NCBI GenBank assembly: GCA_051294375.1
Contig: CM119270.1
Span: 3,219,436-3,283,435, forward strand
Direction of reading: 5' to 3'
DNA length: 64,000 nucleotides
Source of the DNA: Paraspadella gotoi
Taxonomy: Eukaryota > Animalia > Chaetognatha
The position numbers and the translations under genes were made by a program. Shown one piece after another: positions 61,134 through 64,000 of the stretch. How positions within the stretch are numbered: position 1 is the stretch's first letter; every line of letters begins with the position of its first letter. Below the pieces are notes generated by a model. The model was not told where the DNA came from and ran no database searches. It saw only the letters and a list, made by a program, of their open reading frames with translations.

Positions 61134-64000
61134 ATGTCTTTCGCCCGCAACGCCCGCCAGTCTCTCTCCTTCCGAAGCGAGTCGAAACTGTTCGTGGGCG
61201 ACCTCCCGGAGTCGGCGACCCAGTGGCTCGTCACCAACCACTTCAGGGTCGTCGGCTTCGTCACCCGGGTGGAGATTCACTCCGCGTCGGTGGCCACGAG
61301 AAAGTTCGCCATCGTTTATTTTTCCGGTCAAAACAGCGCCAAGAAAGCCATCTCCGTTGGTCCCCACTTCATCCAAGTAAGTACTTGCGATTGCGTCTAG
61401 TTCGGAGTTTTAGAATGTGCAATAATTTTCTATTATTATTGTAATAAAATCTTGGGTGGTGTTTTAACTACCACCCACTTTATTATAAAAATACGAAAAA
61501 CTGGAGTCCTTGAGTCCTTGGGCACTGGAGTTCCTGGCGTTAAAAACTTTATTATTTAAATCCTGAAGTCCACTGGAGTTTGTATCCTGGGGCGCTTTTA
61601 TTAAAAAATTAACCTGGAAGAACGATAAAGAAAATAATCTTTAGTACAAATTTAAATTATATCTTTACTACTGACTCAATATATTATTTTTAAAGCACAG
61701 TAAAATCAATGTACGTTACGAAATTAAATACACATATTCAAATTAAAATGTAAGCCAAAGCATTATGAAATCCACTTGAGAATTGAGGAGAATCCACTAG
61801 GAATTATGAAGCTGTGGTCTGTAGTCACTTGAGACCCTTGTATTAATACACCATTAACCTTAACCAAGTCTTACCAGACTTAACCTTATCCAAGTCTTAC
61901 CAGACTTAAACTTAACAAAGTCTTACCAGACTTAAACTTAACAAAGTCTTACCATACTTAACCTTAACAAAGTCTTACCAGACTTAACCTTAACAAAGTC
62001 TTATCAGACTTAACCTTAGAGTTATTATTTCCAACCAGTCCTTCCTGGACTTCAGTCTCTCCCGGACTTAGGCGTTTTCAGTCTCTCCTGGACTTAGGCG
62101 TTTTCAGTCTCTCCTGGACTTAGGCGTTTTCAGTCTCTCCTGGACTTAGGCGTTTTTCCAGTATCTTTTCCAGCCGGACAGAATTTCCCCTTACACTTCA
62201 GAGGGTCTCAATTGACTCCTGACCTTATATAAGCAGATTTTGGTCACGTGATTTCTCCTCTGGAATTGGCTTTAACCTTCTCCTAACTGCCCTTTTGTTT
62301 TTAGCCATTTCCCTCTTTTGCTCAAAGGTAACCTCTGCTTCATTTATAACCAATTTTTTTGCTTCTTAAGCTTTACTAAAGACCAATCCTTGCTTTTTTC
62401 CTAAAGCCTATCCCTGCAATATCAATTACTAAGTAAACTAATAAAAAAGGTAGTCGCCTACTTTTTTATTTCAATTATTATTAGTTAAAAGAAGGCTTAA
62501 AACGCAATAGATATAGGTTTTCATATGTTGACCTCGATATAAGTTAAAAAAATATTTTAATATTTACTGTTAATCATTTCTCGATTGAATAATACCTTAC
62601 AGGAAAAAATATAGACCAACAATGTATTTTTCTTAAACTTTGTTTAAAAATGTAAAAAAGCTTTATGCATTTGGTAACCCTATCAAATTATAATATCCTA
62701 CAATTAATCAAACCCAAGTTAAAAGTTAAAATGATATCTGAATCCAAGTTTGCCTTAATCTTTAAAATCATGACGAATTATATTTCGAAACATTTCATTG
62801 GTTTAATGATCGAGTTATTTGCTTCCAATTCTGGTTCTGGTCTCTTATTGGCTAATTCAGTATTAGCAAAGAAGCTCTTTCTATTGGTCGTAAATCTTGA
62901 TTAATTTGATAAAAAAAAACAATATATGCTAATTGAGTTATATTAAAATCGGCTTTTGAAAAACTATTTAAAAATACTTATTTAAAAAAAAATTTAAAAA
63001 ATATTACTTAATTACCCTAACTTTAAACCCTCTTTACTAGAGTGATGTGAAAATGATAAAATTTTAGAAAATTAAAATTTAGCATATAAAACATGAACAT
63101 AAAAACCAATAAAAATATTTTGGTAAATTTATTTTTTAATTTTATACATTAATGGGCACCAATAAGCTATATTTATATATAGTATTAAATATATAATAAG
63201 CTAAAATTTCAAAATGCAAATTTTTAAATTTTAAGATCGGATTTGAATTCCTTGCAAAAAGTTAATATAAGAAAGTATAATTCTTTTTTAAAAATTATTT
63301 TATTAAGTTAGTCAAATGTAAAAAACTATATTTAAAATGTTGAATTGTAATTTTTAACTTAAAAATTTTTTTTATATTTTTAACCAACTTAATGATATAA
63401 TTTTTAAAAAAATTTATGAAAAAATTTATATTTTTTTATCAACTTTTTATAAGGAATCTCAGAATTAAAAAAAAATCATTTTAAAATTTTGACATTATAT
63501 AAGGGTAATTCTATATACAAAATAAGTTGACTGGGCTACTATATTTATAAAAAAAAATAACTACAGATTAGTATTCATTAATATGATAGTTTTCAAGATA
63601 TAACTTAAATTTTGATTCCAAACTTTCACTTCACCCTACTCTTTACCCTAACCACCCTTAACCTTAAACCACTTCTAAACCATCTTTAACCCTAACCCCT
63701 CCCTAACTCCGATCGGCGAAAGTAAAAGTAACCCAAATCAAGAAATCAATAACTTTAATTTTTTTAATTTTTGCAAAGCAATGAAAAATAAAATTAAGAC
63801 ATTTTTTTTGTTAAGATTTACAAGTGCAGGATTTAATTGTTGCATTCCCGCTTGTTATTTTCCTGTCGTAGTTTTGATCAGATCATATTCATAATTTAAT
63901 CTCTTGTAACACTAAAAATCTTCAATCAGTCTAATCAATTATTTTCCCCCTTTTCTGTCTTCCAGGGCAAACGCGTGCTCGTCGAGCCGATGAGCCCGCG
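61134..64000 (+). CDS. RRM (RNA recognition motif) protein; exon 1 61134-61376, exon 2 from 63966 past the window end
   Basis: AAAATG start; RNP2-like KLFVGDLP; RNP1-like RKFAIVYF. Phase-0 donor CAA|GTAAGT and acceptor TTTTCTGTCTTCCAG|GGC give PHFIQ-GKRVLVEPMSP, the expected last beta-strand of an RRM. Confidence 0.85.
61853..62018 (+). repeat. 26-bp tandem repeat TTAACCTTAACAAAGTCTTACCAGAC, about 6 units (RRM gene intron)
   Basis: Directly visible; period 26. Confidence 0.9.
62045..62160 (+). repeat. 26-bp tandem repeat CAGTCTCTCCTGGACTTAGGCGTTTT x4 (RRM gene intron)
   Basis: GGCG recurs at 62071, 62097, 62123 and 62149. Confidence 0.9.

Noticed and set aside
62665-62904. 79-aa ORF in the RRM intron, or a decayed transposon ORF on the opposite strand
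   Set aside because: AT-rich, no recognisable motif, stops in the reverse frames.
63635-63710. Telomere-like TAACCC/TAACC repeats
   Set aside because: Short and highly degenerate, internal to an intron.

Overview
AT-rich eukaryotic (most likely invertebrate animal) genomic DNA with (AG/CT)n, (GAC)n and (AAAG)n microsatellites, N-gaps and long indel-ridden stretches that look like uncorrected long-read fill. Roughly half the window is made of divergent duplicate blocks that start next to gaps of exactly 25 N, so they are probably gap-filling or alternate-haplotype artefacts; they also show empty and filled versions of the same insertion sites. Supported content: (1) a 4-exon minus-strand sulfotransferase-fold gene (27057-24907) with two in-frame TGA codons in exon 2, plus a frameshifted second copy; (2) a plus-strand RRM gene starting at 61134 with an upstream TATA box; (3) a chain of phase-compatible plus-strand exons of an unknown low-complexity gene that may contain the sulfotransferase gene in an intron; (4) a non-autonomous Helentron/HINE (DINE-1-like) family with four copies and two empty/filled site pairs, one copy carrying about 2 kb of extra internal sequence; (5) a dispersed twister-ribozyme-like RNA (near-complete at 59690-59807, truncated in the sulfotransferase intron). 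Most ORFs in the supplied track are microsatellite noise.
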